Source: a virus (lineage: Duplodnaviria; Caudoviricetes). Taken from it: 50,972 bases of DNA. How positions within the stretch are numbered: position 1 is the first letter of the stretch; every line of letters begins with the position of its first letter. This document shows, in pieces, positions 27,258 to 36,066 of this stretch. Both the position numbers and the translations under genes were made by a program. The notes under the pieces were generated by a model. The model made no database searches, was not told the origin of the DNA, and saw only the letters and a program-made list of their open reading frames with translations. The stretch lies in the IMG/VR virus record IMGVR_UViG_3300044631_002617, positions 1 to 50,972 of that record; one strand, given 5' to 3'.

Positions 27258-27721
27258 CGTCCACCTCCAAAGCGGAACGGAGACTGACCCATCGAGCCAA
27301 ACCCGCGAGCGCGACCCTCAAACATGGCGCGTTGATTTTCAGGACGAATGCCGCCGTACGGTCCAACACCGCCGTCCGTACGGATTTGAGAGTTTCGGTT
27401 AAACGAGTTGCCAGCGTTGAACATTGATTGGAATGGATTAGTCTGCCTGGGCTGAACGTTTGGGTTCTGCATTGGCGAACCACCAGAGGCCTGCTGCTGG
27501 TTTATCAAGCCGGCAAGCTGCGAGAAGAAGTCGTTGCTTGCACCGGGGTTGCTTACGGGCTGCATCTGCTGCTGGCGGATCTGCGCCATCTGCTGCGGAT
27601 CAGTCACCGCCTGGCCCTGGTTGTACCCGTAGATGTTTGCGAATCGGCCACCAGTGGCACGGCCGCCAAACCCGCTTCCGCGAGTCGCGCCAAACTGCCC
27701 TGAAAGGAAGTCGTAAGCCAC
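27254..27721 (-). CDS. Q/N/G/F-rich low-complexity protein
   Basis: Coupled ORF, strongly biased composition. Confidence 0.7.
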   Translation of the reverse strand: MAYDFLSGQFGATRGSGFGGRATGGRFANIYGYNQGQAVTDPQQMAQIRQQQMQPVSNPGASNDFFSQLAGLINQQQASGGSPMQNPNVQPRQTNPFQSMFNAGNSFNRNSQIRTDGGVGPYGGIRPENQRAMFEGRARGFGSMGQSPFRFGGGR

Positions 27722-30441
27722 TAGTAGGTCCTCCGAGTACGGTCTGTCGGGAGCATTCTACCCTTTACCTGAAGCCCCACCAGCCGGTACTTGACATTGG
27801 CGAGGAAGGTTTCAACGCAGGGCAGGAACCACTGGCCGAGAATGCCGTGCTTCCCGAACGCCGCCCAGTTGGGGCTGTCACCCCGGATGATGGCATGCTG
27901 CACCGACGTACCATCCGGGTTGGTGGGGTACGCATTCAGCACCGAATTCGTCTCGTTCTCCCGGTACACCCGTGCCACCCAGTAATCCGCATAGGGCGCT
28001 AGGTTGGTGCCGGCCGTGTACGCCACGTCCGTCATCACCAGACCAAGGCTGCTGGGCTGCTTGACCACGAACTCCTCGTCCTTCTGGTCCGTCGTCCGCA
28101 GGGGGGCAGGCATGACCTTGACGTACATGGGGTCCAGCACCACATAAATGGTCTTGCCGGGGGCCTGGATCTCCCGGTCCAGATACAGGTAGTCCTTGTC
28201 CGCGTCGATCACCCGGGCCTTGTTGCCGTCCAACGTCACGTCCGCCTGCGGCCAAAGCACGTACACCCACATCCCCACCAGCCTGGCGGCCGTGGAAACC
28301 GTGCCGTCAAACAGGTTGGTGATCTTGCTGCCGGCAATCGAAGACTTCAGGGTGCAGGTCGAGTCGTAGTAGCTGTACGTGTGGCTGGACACCGACACCG
28401 CGGTAGACGGGTTCCGCACCGCATTCGCGTCAAACATTGACACCTGAGTGCCAACGTTCGACTCCGGGTACTTCTTGTCCCCGTACGTCCGGCAGGGCAT
28501 GTACAACGCAGGCCGGTAACTCGTGTTGGTCACCGCGTCCGGGTAGGGAGCGTTGAACAGGAACATGGCACGGGGCACCAACTGCCCGTCGCTGTCCTCC
28601 CACCACCCCTGCGACACCTTCCCGAAACTCATGTCCTGCAACTCGCTCACTACGCCGGTGGCGAACCAGAACTGCACCGCCTGCTGGCGGGTGGGGTTCA
28701 GCAGGTACAGGCACAGCGTCGACGGATCGAACGCGATGCTGACCTTGCTCAACTCCTGCGCCCCGGTCGTGCCCGAGTACCACTCGTCGCTCACGACCTG
28801 GTTGATCGCCTGCACGTCGTCCAGCCGACCGTCCGGATACACGGCCTTCAGGCCGCGGTAGTTCAGGTAGTACGTCACCGGGCCCACGGTCGCAGCCGCA
28901 TACGGGCCCGTGATGCCGTACCCCTGGTGCGCGGCAAGGACCCTCACGAACCCGTTGTCCTTGTTGAAGAACTGGACACCGTTGCGCGTGAACCCCGACA
29001 TGATCTGGCCCGTGCGCCGGAAGCACGTCACCGCGTCGCCCACGTTCGACGGCTTGTAGATCCCTGCCGCCGTGAACAGCTCGGGGCTGTCCGCGCCGCT
29101 CGCGCTCCACCGCGTCTCGCCCGTGCCGGTCAGGTCACTCGCGCTCTCGCTGATGTTCCCCACCAGCATCGTGCCGTCCAGCAGCGCACCCGCGCCACCC
29201 TTCGGCATCGTTTCGCTGTAACTCGGCTTGTCCAGGAACACGTCCTGCATCACCAGCGCAGCGTCCTTCAACTGGTACGCATACCGGAAGTTCTTGGAGT
29301 CCGCGCCGTATCCGGTCGGCGTGCTAGCCCACGGGAAGTTGGCATCCGTCACCACGTAGCTCGACAGCGTGATCTGCGCTTCGAGCTGCAGGATGCCATG
29401 CGTGTACACACCAGCCGACCCCTCGGTCCGAACACTTCGGTACACGTTCAGCGTGTCAAACCGGCTCGAGTCGTACACCCCGTCCACCCAAACATGTCGA
29501 CTTGCAGAAAGCACAATGTCGACGTTGGTGCTCAACTGGCTCTTGCGGCCACTCCTGCTGTCTTCCAACTGCAGCGCAAACGAGTACGAACCCGCCGTTA
29601 GCAACGCGGAAGTCGTGATGTTGGGGATGCTGGCAATTTTGGTGCCGCTTGTTCCGTTGTGGGAACACACCTTGAACGAACACGGCGGGTTTGGTGAAGC
29701 AGTCGGATCCGGCAGAGACGCAAGACTGTGCGTGCTGCTGGACGAATTGAACGCACCGTCTGCGGTTCCGTTGTACGGAGATCCAGCAATCTTCTTGCCT
29801 GGCCCCGCCGGATCCACAACCGTAGCCGAAGTGCTGGTGGGGCCCGTCGCCGTCTTGAAGTACACAGCGATGGGCGACACACCGCGGCGGAAGACGTACA
29901 CCGCCTTGCCCGTCGTCTCCACGCTCATCACTGCCTTGCCCCCGTCAGCCAGGATGCCGCCGTCCGACATGCCCTGCTGAAGGACGATGGTGCTCCACGC
30001 ACTGCCCGCACTCTGCGGCGCGTAGTAGTCCATCATCAGGTCGTACGTGTTGACGCACGACGGAGTCGCCATGTTGTTCGGCCGGCGGATGACATACACG
30101 TACCCGTACACCCGCGTGCTTGCGCCAGCCACCAGGCTGAACGCCCAGAAATCAACCACCCGCGACAGATGCGCCTTGTTCGTGTACGGATTCGCAATGC
30201 TGAACCGATACGCGTAGTTCAGGACCGACGGCGAAGATCCGCTGTCCGGCGCGTTCTCAGGCGCGAAACGGTACACCTCGCGGAACCCCGGGAACGGGAG
30301 CAGGCCACCGTTGTTCGTGCCGTCGATCCCCACCAGCTCAGCCATGGAACCAGCAGGCGTCCCGGTGTGCGCGGAAGCACGGCTTTCGCTGGCATTCAGC
30401 AGCGAATACGTCCAGTAAATGTCAGTCTCGGGGACCTGCAT
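27721..30441 (-). CDS. 906-aa tail nozzle / hub-like protein
   Basis: Size, beta-rich repeats, RWS...PELF motif, position in the operon. Confidence 0.65.
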   Translation of the reverse strand: MQVPETDIYWTYSLLNASESRASAHTGTPAGSMAELVGIDGTNNGGLLPFPGFREVYRFAPENAPDSGSSPSVLNYAYRFSIANPYTNKAHLSRVVDFWAFSLVAGASTRVYGYVYVIRRPNNMATPSCVNTYDLMMDYYAPQSAGSAWSTIVLQQGMSDGGILADGGKAVMSVETTGKAVYVFRRGVSPIAVYFKTATGPTSTSATVVDPAGPGKKIAGSPYNGTADGAFNSSSSTHSLASLPDPTASPNPPCSFKVCSHNGTSGTKIASIPNITTSALLTAGSYSFALQLEDSRSGRKSQLSTNVDIVLSASRHVWVDGVYDSSRFDTLNVYRSVRTEGSAGVYTHGILQLEAQITLSSYVVTDANFPWASTPTGYGADSKNFRYAYQLKDAALVMQDVFLDKPSYSETMPKGGAGALLDGTMLVGNISESASDLTGTGETRWSASGADSPELFTAAGIYKPSNVGDAVTCFRRTGQIMSGFTRNGVQFFNKDNGFVRVLAAHQGYGITGPYAAATVGPVTYYLNYRGLKAVYPDGRLDDVQAINQVVSDEWYSGTTGAQELSKVSIAFDPSTLCLYLLNPTRQQAVQFWFATGVVSELQDMSFGKVSQGWWEDSDGQLVPRAMFLFNAPYPDAVTNTSYRPALYMPCRTYGDKKYPESNVGTQVSMFDANAVRNPSTAVSVSSHTYSYYDSTCTLKSSIAGSKITNLFDGTVSTAARLVGMWVYVLWPQADVTLDGNKARVIDADKDYLYLDREIQAPGKTIYVVLDPMYVKVMPAPLRTTDQKDEEFVVKQPSSLGLVMTDVAYTAGTNLAPYADYWVARVYRENETNSVLNAYPTNPDGTSVQHAIIRGDSPNWAAFGKHGILGQWFLPCVETFLANVKYRLVGLQVKGRMLPTDRTRRTY

Positions 30442-30450
30442 GCGCTCATC

Positions 30451-30789
30451 CTACTCCGGCCACTTGCCCAAAGGACACTTTGCGCCCGGCATTTCCCACT
30501 TGACCGGGAGCCTGCTCCGCTCCCAGCGGGGGCATCCGCACGCCTTGCAGTACATCTCGCCCTCGTGCTGCTCCATCGACTCGCACCCGAAGCACGCAGC
30601 CTTCCGGCCCTCAATCACCGGCAACCGGAGCGGTTCCTCCAGCGCACGGCTCACCTCCGCCTTCGCGTACTCCACCGCCTTCTTCACGACCCCAACCGGA
30701 CGGGTAGCAGCAACGGTCAGCATTCCCGATTCGGAATCCTGAACCAAGTCGTACGCCCAGCCGTGGAACGAAACCGTGAACTTGTTCAT
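30451..30789 (-). CDS. Cys-rich small protein
   Basis: CFGC, CKACGC, CPLGKW. Confidence 0.75.
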   Translation of the reverse strand: MNKFTVSFHGWAYDLVQDSESGMLTVAATRPVGVVKKAVEYAKAEVSRALEEPLRLPVIEGRKAACFGCESMEQHEGEMYCKACGCPRWERSRLPVKWEMPGAKCPLGKWPE

Positions 30790-32255
30790 AGCAGCCTGAA
30801 ACTCCCGGTAAGGGTCTGGGTCACCGGCACACTACGCGCCGCATAACTAAAGATCTCGGTGTCAACATGCTCGCAGCAACAGGTTGACTCATACGGCCCG
30901 CAGTTCACCCCATAACTACCATCGCAATCCAAGCAAGCCAAACCGGTAGATGCATTGCAATACCCAGACGGCACAGGTCGAGGAGCGTTTGGATCAGCAC
31001 AGCCAAGGGGGTAAGTAGCAAGATCCACGCAGTAGACAATCCTTGTGTACGTTGCACTTGATCCAGAAGCCGAAGAGATAGACAGAGTGTTTGTCTGGAC
31101 AGACGAGCCGGGCGTGAGTTCCCAAGACGCATTCAGGTACGACACTTCCGGACTAAGCACAAAGAAATCAAACTGGGTGTCCATGTAGTAGATGGGGTTC
31201 GTGCTTGTCCGGAAGATGTTGTTCTTCGGGTACCACACAGATGCAAGGAACGCATCCAGCCCATCCTTAGTATTCGGAAACCCAAGACCCGTCTGAAACA
31301 CAAACCCGCTTGTCCCAGTGTTGCGGAACACGCCACACCCGCAGCTGGTGGGGGTCAACTCATCCCCAAAGTCCACAAGTACTGCAACGGTCGAACAGCC
31401 AGACACATTGATGGGGAACGAAACGTAGTCCTTCAGATCCGCAGCAGTTGCGACAGAACCGTACACGCCCCCACCAACCGTAGCCGTGAAGTAGCCGGCC
31501 GCATTGATAGCTGTTGCGGTAGCAGTCAACGTGCCGGTGTACGAAGTTGTCGTACCTGAACCGTTCGTCAGTTTGAGTTCGTTGTTGCTGACTGACACTG
31601 TCCACGGCCCAGACGCAGCACCGGAAACAGTCAACACAAGCGTGATCCCCGGCACGCGGACAGTACACACCGCCGCATATCGAAGAGTGAACGTAGGCGT
31701 CGTGACCGTAAACGACTTGCTTACGTTTCCGCCTGGACCCCACACCGCAATGTCATCCGGCGGAGTTACAGGATCACAGCATCCAAAAGTAGGCAAAAGA
31801 TCAGGACCCGGCAGCGTTGTCTCTGCCATCTGCGTGTACGCACCTACGAACGTAGGGGACCCGAACACATATTCGTGCCGCTTGCCTGTGATAGACGTAG
31901 CAAGAATTGCACCATCAGTTGGTCTGGCATACTCACCAGTTGCTACGGTAACAATCGAATCAGAAGACAAGTTCCAAGTTCCCGTTGCGGTTGTCACGCT
32001 CTGCGTTCGCAACGAAGACACCTGTAGACCTGAGAGATACGAACCGCCGTACTGGGAGTAGTAGGAACGGTATGGCGATACGCACCCGTAGTTTGTGTAG
32101 TCCTCTTCAAGACTCAAGTACATCAACCCGCTGACGTTCATTTCCGTCACGACACGGATGTCAGCAACGATTGACGTGTAGTTGGTCGTCAACGCAGGAA
32201 CGTCAGTCGCATCGCAGACCGCGGGGTCGCATGCAGTCAACTGACGGCCAAGCAT
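30786..32255 (-). CDS. T/S/G/C-rich tail fibre or spike protein
   Basis: TGATG-coupled start (MLGRQLTACD), lower-GC codons, Cys clusters. Confidence 0.65.
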   Translation of the reverse strand: MLGRQLTACDPAVCDATDVPALTTNYTSIVADIRVVTEMNVSGLMYLSLEEDYTNYGCVSPYRSYYSQYGGSYLSGLQVSSLRTQSVTTATGTWNLSSDSIVTVATGEYARPTDGAILATSITGKRHEYVFGSPTFVGAYTQMAETTLPGPDLLPTFGCCDPVTPPDDIAVWGPGGNVSKSFTVTTPTFTLRYAAVCTVRVPGITLVLTVSGAASGPWTVSVSNNELKLTNGSGTTTSYTGTLTATATAINAAGYFTATVGGGVYGSVATAADLKDYVSFPINVSGCSTVAVLVDFGDELTPTSCGCGVFRNTGTSGFVFQTGLGFPNTKDGLDAFLASVWYPKNNIFRTSTNPIYYMDTQFDFFVLSPEVSYLNASWELTPGSSVQTNTLSISSASGSSATYTRIVYCVDLATYPLGCADPNAPRPVPSGYCNASTGLACLDCDGSYGVNCGPYESTCCCEHVDTEIFSYAARSVPVTQTLTGSFRLL

Positions 32256-32986
32256 CAGCAGCCCCCGTCGATGCGGTTCGGTGCGCTGAAGTAATAGACA
32301 GGCGAGCCCGTCATGTCCGTCACCTGCTCCATCCGCACGGCAGCCCCCACCGGAACCGAGCGGACGTAGTAACTGGTCCCGAACACCTTGTCGTATGCAG
32401 CGCCCGTGATGGAGTAGCCGTACGCCGTGCTGTTGTTGTTCGACCACTCCAGCAGGTTGTACGCCGTTACCGATGCGCCAGCCACGCCGCCGGTGTACAC
32501 GTCAACGGTGTACGTCCACTGCGCGTAGGTACCCTTGACCGCAGCGGTAATCACGCCGTAGTACGCCGTCGTACCGCCACCACCCCCGCCCGGAATGTAG
32601 ATCAACGCCACGTTCGGTGACGGGTTGGTGACCGAAACGCCAGCACCGTCGAACTGCAGCGTGTCGATCGTGGTCCAGGGCCCAGCTGGCGTAGCCAGGT
32701 CCTCGACCGTGATCGTCGTTGCCGCCGCAGTGCCGCTGCTAACTGGCTGGATCACGACAGGCGGAAGGGCCGGCGGCAGGCTCACGCCCGGCAGCGTGAT
32801 GTTGGTGTTGCCGAGCGCCGGCAGATTCAGCGGAGCAACAGGGCTCTGCATGTTGACGCCGCCGGAGGGCGTGGTCAACGACAGGGGGAAAGGAGAACCC
32901 ACGCCGCCCAAGCGGTCCTGCGCGGGAAACCGGACGACCTGCTGGAATCCCAGTGTCCGGAAGTCTCCTTCCTCGCCGATTGCCAT
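32255..32986 (-). CDS. Tail-associated protein with Pro/Gly linker
   Basis: GGAGG RBS, poly-Gly, ends FSAPNRIDGGC. Confidence 0.7.
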   Translation of the reverse strand: MAIGEEGDFRTLGFQQVVRFPAQDRLGGVGSPFPLSLTTPSGGVNMQSPVAPLNLPALGNTNITLPGVSLPPALPPVVIQPVSSGTAAATTITVEDLATPAGPWTTIDTLQFDGAGVSVTNPSPNVALIYIPGGGGGGTTAYYGVITAAVKGTYAQWTYTVDVYTGGVAGASVTAYNLLEWSNNNSTAYGYSITGAAYDKVFGTSYYVRSVPVGAAVRMEQVTDMTGSPVYYFSAPNRIDGGC

Positions 32987-33927
32987 CAGATCCTCCAGGG
33001 CTGCGTGAGCTGGTTGTCGACCGTGTCCTTCTCCCACGCCTTCGGGATACGCATCTGCACGTTGCTGTAGTGGTCCATGACCGTCTTCATCGCGTCACGG
33101 TACGCAGCCTGAATCATGCCGAAGTGCTCGCCGCTCAGCCTGCGGTACGTCGCCAACTTGAGCGCGCCGGCCGCAGCAACCGCCTCGAACATGTTCTCGC
33201 TGCCCTCTGGCGCGACCTCGAACGCCGGCAGGTTCCCCGCCGACGCGTAGGTGAACGGCTTGTGGACCTTCAGCGTCCACGTCGAAGACCCGCCGCCAGC
33301 GTACGACCACTCGCTGATCACGCGCTCCTCGACCGTACCCGCAGTCACGCTGGTGGGGAGAAGCCGCAGCATCTGGCCCACATACGCGCTGGGCCTCCGG
33401 TCAACCTCACCGATGCCCGGCGTCAGCGACGCCAGCGTGATGGTGACCGTGTCCTTCGCTGCGTTCAGAACCGCGCTGCTCGAACCGCCAATGAAGTAGA
33501 ACGGCTTGTAGTCGCCGCTGGAGCAGTACCACAGTTCCATCGTCGTGTAGTCCGCATTGGGGTACGGCAGGAACGACACCATGTTCCCCTGCACCATCCA
33601 GTTCGGACCACGCAGGTTGTACAGGCCACGGGGAATGGCTTCCTGCAGCACTCGACCCGATCCGTCAACCAAGCAGATTCGCCACACCTCGCCGACGCAC
33701 GGAGGCAGCTGGTAGTTGGCCTGGTTCTGGTACAGCGGGAACGCAAGGCGCTGCAGCACGGGATTCGTTGCGCTGTTGTTGATGCGGCTCATCACGCTCG
33801 CGAACGCGGGCGCAACGATGTGCCGGACGATGTAGTCGTCGCTGTACTTGGCCTCGAGATCCGGGTCGTCAAGGAACCCCCGGATGCGCTCGATGACCGT
33901 CTTCAGCATGCTTCCCGTGCTATCCAC
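32986..33927 (-). CDS. Head-tail adaptor-like protein
   Basis: N-terminal helices, YQLP and FLPYP motifs, position. Confidence 0.6.
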   Translation of the reverse strand: MDSTGSMLKTVIERIRGFLDDPDLEAKYSDDYIVRHIVAPAFASVMSRINNSATNPVLQRLAFPLYQNQANYQLPPCVGEVWRICLVDGSGRVLQEAIPRGLYNLRGPNWMVQGNMVSFLPYPNADYTTMELWYCSSGDYKPFYFIGGSSSAVLNAAKDTVTITLASLTPGIGEVDRRPSAYVGQMLRLLPTSVTAGTVEERVISEWSYAGGGSSTWTLKVHKPFTYASAGNLPAFEVAPEGSENMFEAVAAAGALKLATYRRLSGEHFGMIQAAYRDAMKTVMDHYSNVQMRIPKAWEKDTVDNQLTQPWRI

Positions 33928-33928
33928 G

Positions 33929-34477
33929 TCACACCGCCTTCGTCATGGCCAGCAGTTCGCTGACGGTTTCCTGGTACTTCTCGCCGCACTCGCTCGGCGC
34001 AGCCCACGCCGTCTGCCCACTCTCCAGCATGTGAGCCGCAGCGTCCATGCCCTTCTGCTTCATGTACTTCACCGCGCTCGCCTTGCTGTGGTCCCGCTCG
34101 GCCTGCATGGACCGCCGGTGACCGGCCGCCTGTCGCATCTTCCGCTTGATCGCCGCAACCGTCTCGTCCACGGGCGTGCAACGGGCCTTCAGGGCATCCC
34201 CCACCAGCCGTCCGGATGCGGGCATGTCAGGCGGGAACGGCATGACCTCCAGCTCCAGCGCAACCGGACTGTCAGTTTGGCTAGGCGGAAAGAGCCACTT
34301 CGCCAGAACCCAGCTCTGGGCGCGCCTGTGGTGGTAGACAAACAGGTCATTGATGCCGGTGAGCTTGCGCGCATACCGGATCCACTCGCCGTCCGGCCAC
34401 ATCTGGTGGTCTTCATTGAACGCGAGGCCAGCGCACGCGGCCTCCCACTTCGGGTCAAACGTGATCTCCATCTCCAT
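33929..34477 (-). CDS. Hypothetical protein
   Basis: GGAGGAG RBS, TAATG coupling. Confidence 0.75.
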   Translation of the reverse strand: MEMEITFDPKWEAACAGLAFNEDHQMWPDGEWIRYARKLTGINDLFVYHHRRAQSWVLAKWLFPPSQTDSPVALELEVMPFPPDMPASGRLVGDALKARCTPVDETVAAIKRKMRQAAGHRRSMQAERDHSKASAVKYMKQKGMDAAAHMLESGQTAWAAPSECGEKYQETVSELLAMTKAV

Positions 34478-34722
34478 TAGTCGGTACTCCTCCAACCCCC
34501 ACCACCCATCCCGCGGCGGAAGTGGCGCAGCGTAGCGCCGGGACCTGGCTTCACGCCGCCGGTCTTGCGAGTCCACATGATGATCTCAAACTTGGTGAGC
34601 GGCCGGTCCAGGTTCTCGGGTTGCTTGCGCTTCGGCTGGGGCAACGGCTTGGGCGCAATCTTGGGCGGAACCCTAGGTCCGCGCATGGATGGATCGGGTC
34701 CGAACAGGCCTTTCTCGTTCAC
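34477..34722 (-). CDS. Small basic Pro-rich protein
   Basis: GTGA and TAATG coupling. Confidence 0.65.
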   Translation of the reverse strand: MNEKGLFGPDPSMRGPRVPPKIAPKPLPQPKRKQPENLDRPLTKFEIIMWTRKTGGVKPGPGATLRHFRRGMGGGGWRSTD

Positions 34723-34895
34723 TTGCCACCCCGGTTCTTGGCCATCTTCTTGAACGTCTTAGCTAGGTTGTAGCGCTTGCTGCCGGGCGGGCACGACGCC
34801 CCGCCGAACTTGCTGCCCGTGCAAACACCCTCGGTGCCACGCCGCTTGATGCTCGCTCGCACCTTGCCGATCCAGTTGGTGGGGTTCTTCGCCAC
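34719..34895 (-). CDS. 58-aa basic protein MAKNPTNWIG...
   Basis: AAAGGAG RBS, GTG start. Confidence 0.7.
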   Translation of the reverse strand: MAKNPTNWIGKVRASIKRRGTEGVCTGSKFGGASCPPGSKRYNLAKTFKKMAKNRGGK

Positions 34896-34975
34896 AGCAT
34901 GCTCCTTTATCGAAAGTGGGGCCGGCCCTTCGACCGGCCCCTGCGGGAGTCCCTGCCCGCCCACCTCTCAGTGGT

Positions 34976-35119
34976 TCAGTAGCCCTTGGTCTTGCCGAAC
35001 TTCAGCCCGCTAAAGCCCTTGATGTTGAACCGCCTTCGAGCACCAGTGCTTTTCATTCCGGCAGGCTTGACTTGCACGCGGCGCTTCATCTTGCGCTTTA
35101 AGTTCTTGAGGGGATTCAT
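34976..35119 (-). CDS. 47-aa basic protein MNPLKNLKRKMKRR...KTKGY
   Basis: GAGGTG RBS, translated by hand. Confidence 0.7.
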   Translation of the reverse strand: MNPLKNLKRKMKRRVQVKPAGMKSTGARRRFNIKGFSGLKFGKTKGY

Positions 35120-35127
35120 GGTTCACC

Positions 35128-35211
35128 TCACTTGCAGCCACAGCCGCAGCTGCTCATGGCCTTGCCGCAACCCTTGCACATGCCGCCCTTGACCTTGATC
35201 TTCTTAGCCAT
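35128..35211 (-). CDS. 27-aa Lys/Cys peptide MAKKIKVKGGMCKGCGKAMSSCGCGCK
   Basis: TAATG coupling with the upstream gene, translated by hand. Confidence 0.65.
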   Translation of the reverse strand: MAKKIKVKGGMCKGCGKAMSSCGCGCK

Positions 35212-35348
35212 TACTTCCAGCCTTCCTGCATCTTGCGATACTGTTTGGGGTCCACTGTCGATTCCGACTTCGGCCTGCTGGTCCCAAGCTTTCGGCGCTT
35301 GTTGATGTTCCCCACCAGGCTGTTCTTGACCTTCACGCGCTTCGCCAT
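35211..35348 (-). CDS. 45-aa basic protein MAKRVKVKNSLVGNINKRRK...GWK
   Basis: Starts 1 nt after the upstream stop, translated by hand. Confidence 0.7.
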   Translation of the reverse strand: MAKRVKVKNSLVGNINKRRKLGTSRPKSESTVDPKQYRKMQEGWK

Positions 35349-35349
35349 G

Positions 35350-35598
35350 TCAGCACTTCCATGCCCGCAGGCTCTTGTTGATGCGGGAGTTCGGGTCGTT
35401 TGCGGTCTTGCTGCTGGTCAACTTCTTCTTCATGCCGCGCATACGGGCGCAAAAGGAGTTTCGCCTCGACCCACCTTCGGGTTGCGGGCGCTTTAGGTTA
35501 CCGCCCGTAGCGCGGTTGTAGGCGCGCCGACCGAGCTCGCTGAGCCCGCCAGCGGGATTCTTGTGCTTGGCCTTGAACTGGAATCGCTTCTTCGCCAT
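35350..35598 (-). CDS. Basic protein, DUF6321-like
   Basis: KNPAGGL...RRNSFCARM...DPNSRINKSLRAWKC. Confidence 0.8.
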   Translation of the reverse strand: MAKKRFQFKAKHKNPAGGLSELGRRAYNRATGGNLKRPQPEGGSRRNSFCARMRGMKKKLTSSKTANDPNSRINKSLRAWKC

Positions 35599-35600
35599 GG

Positions 35601-35993
35601 TCAGCTCAGGGTAAGGAGGTAACGGGTCTTCTGGACGGCGCCCAGTGCTTCGTCCCGAAGGTTGAGGAGAGCGGTCTCGTCGTCGCCAACGTCACGAGTG
35701 ATCTCGTCACGGAGGATGCCTTCCAGCTTGGAGAGGATGCTTGCGATGTCCCCACCAACCGACAGCGTGTTGATGCCCGCGAGGACAGAGCGGTCCTGTG
35801 CGCCGATCAGCGTCTCGACGTAGGTGTCGAGGAAGTCCTCAAGGGACTCGTACAGACCCCCGAGAGCCTGGTGCTGCGCGTAGGACTTGGTCATCCAGTG
35901 CTGCAAGTGGAGCGACTGAATGCACTCCATGAGGCGCGCAACGGTGTTCCGGCGCACTTCAGGCTTGGCTGGGGGCTTGATCGGAATTGCCAT
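35601..35993 (-). CDS. Ferritin/Dps-like protein (DUF5856-like)
   Basis: HLQHW.TKSYAQHQALG..YE...D..VE...YLLTL. Confidence 0.8.
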   Translation of the reverse strand: MAIPIKPPAKPEVRRNTVARLMECIQSLHLQHWMTKSYAQHQALGGLYESLEDFLDTYVETLIGAQDRSVLAGINTLSVGGDIASILSKLEGILRDEITRDVGDDETALLNLRDEALGAVQKTRYLLTLS

Positions 35994-36007
35994 GCCACCA
36001 GTTTAGC

Positions 36008-36041
36008 AAAGAACAGGGGCGTGGCCCGAAGACCACGCCCC
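36008..36041 (-). terminator. Intrinsic terminator after the major capsid gene
   Basis: On the - strand, GGGGCGTGGTC-TTCG-GGCCACGCCCC followed by TGTTCTTT. Confidence 0.8.
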
Positions 36042-36066
36042 GAGGGTTGCGATTCTTTGCCGCGAC

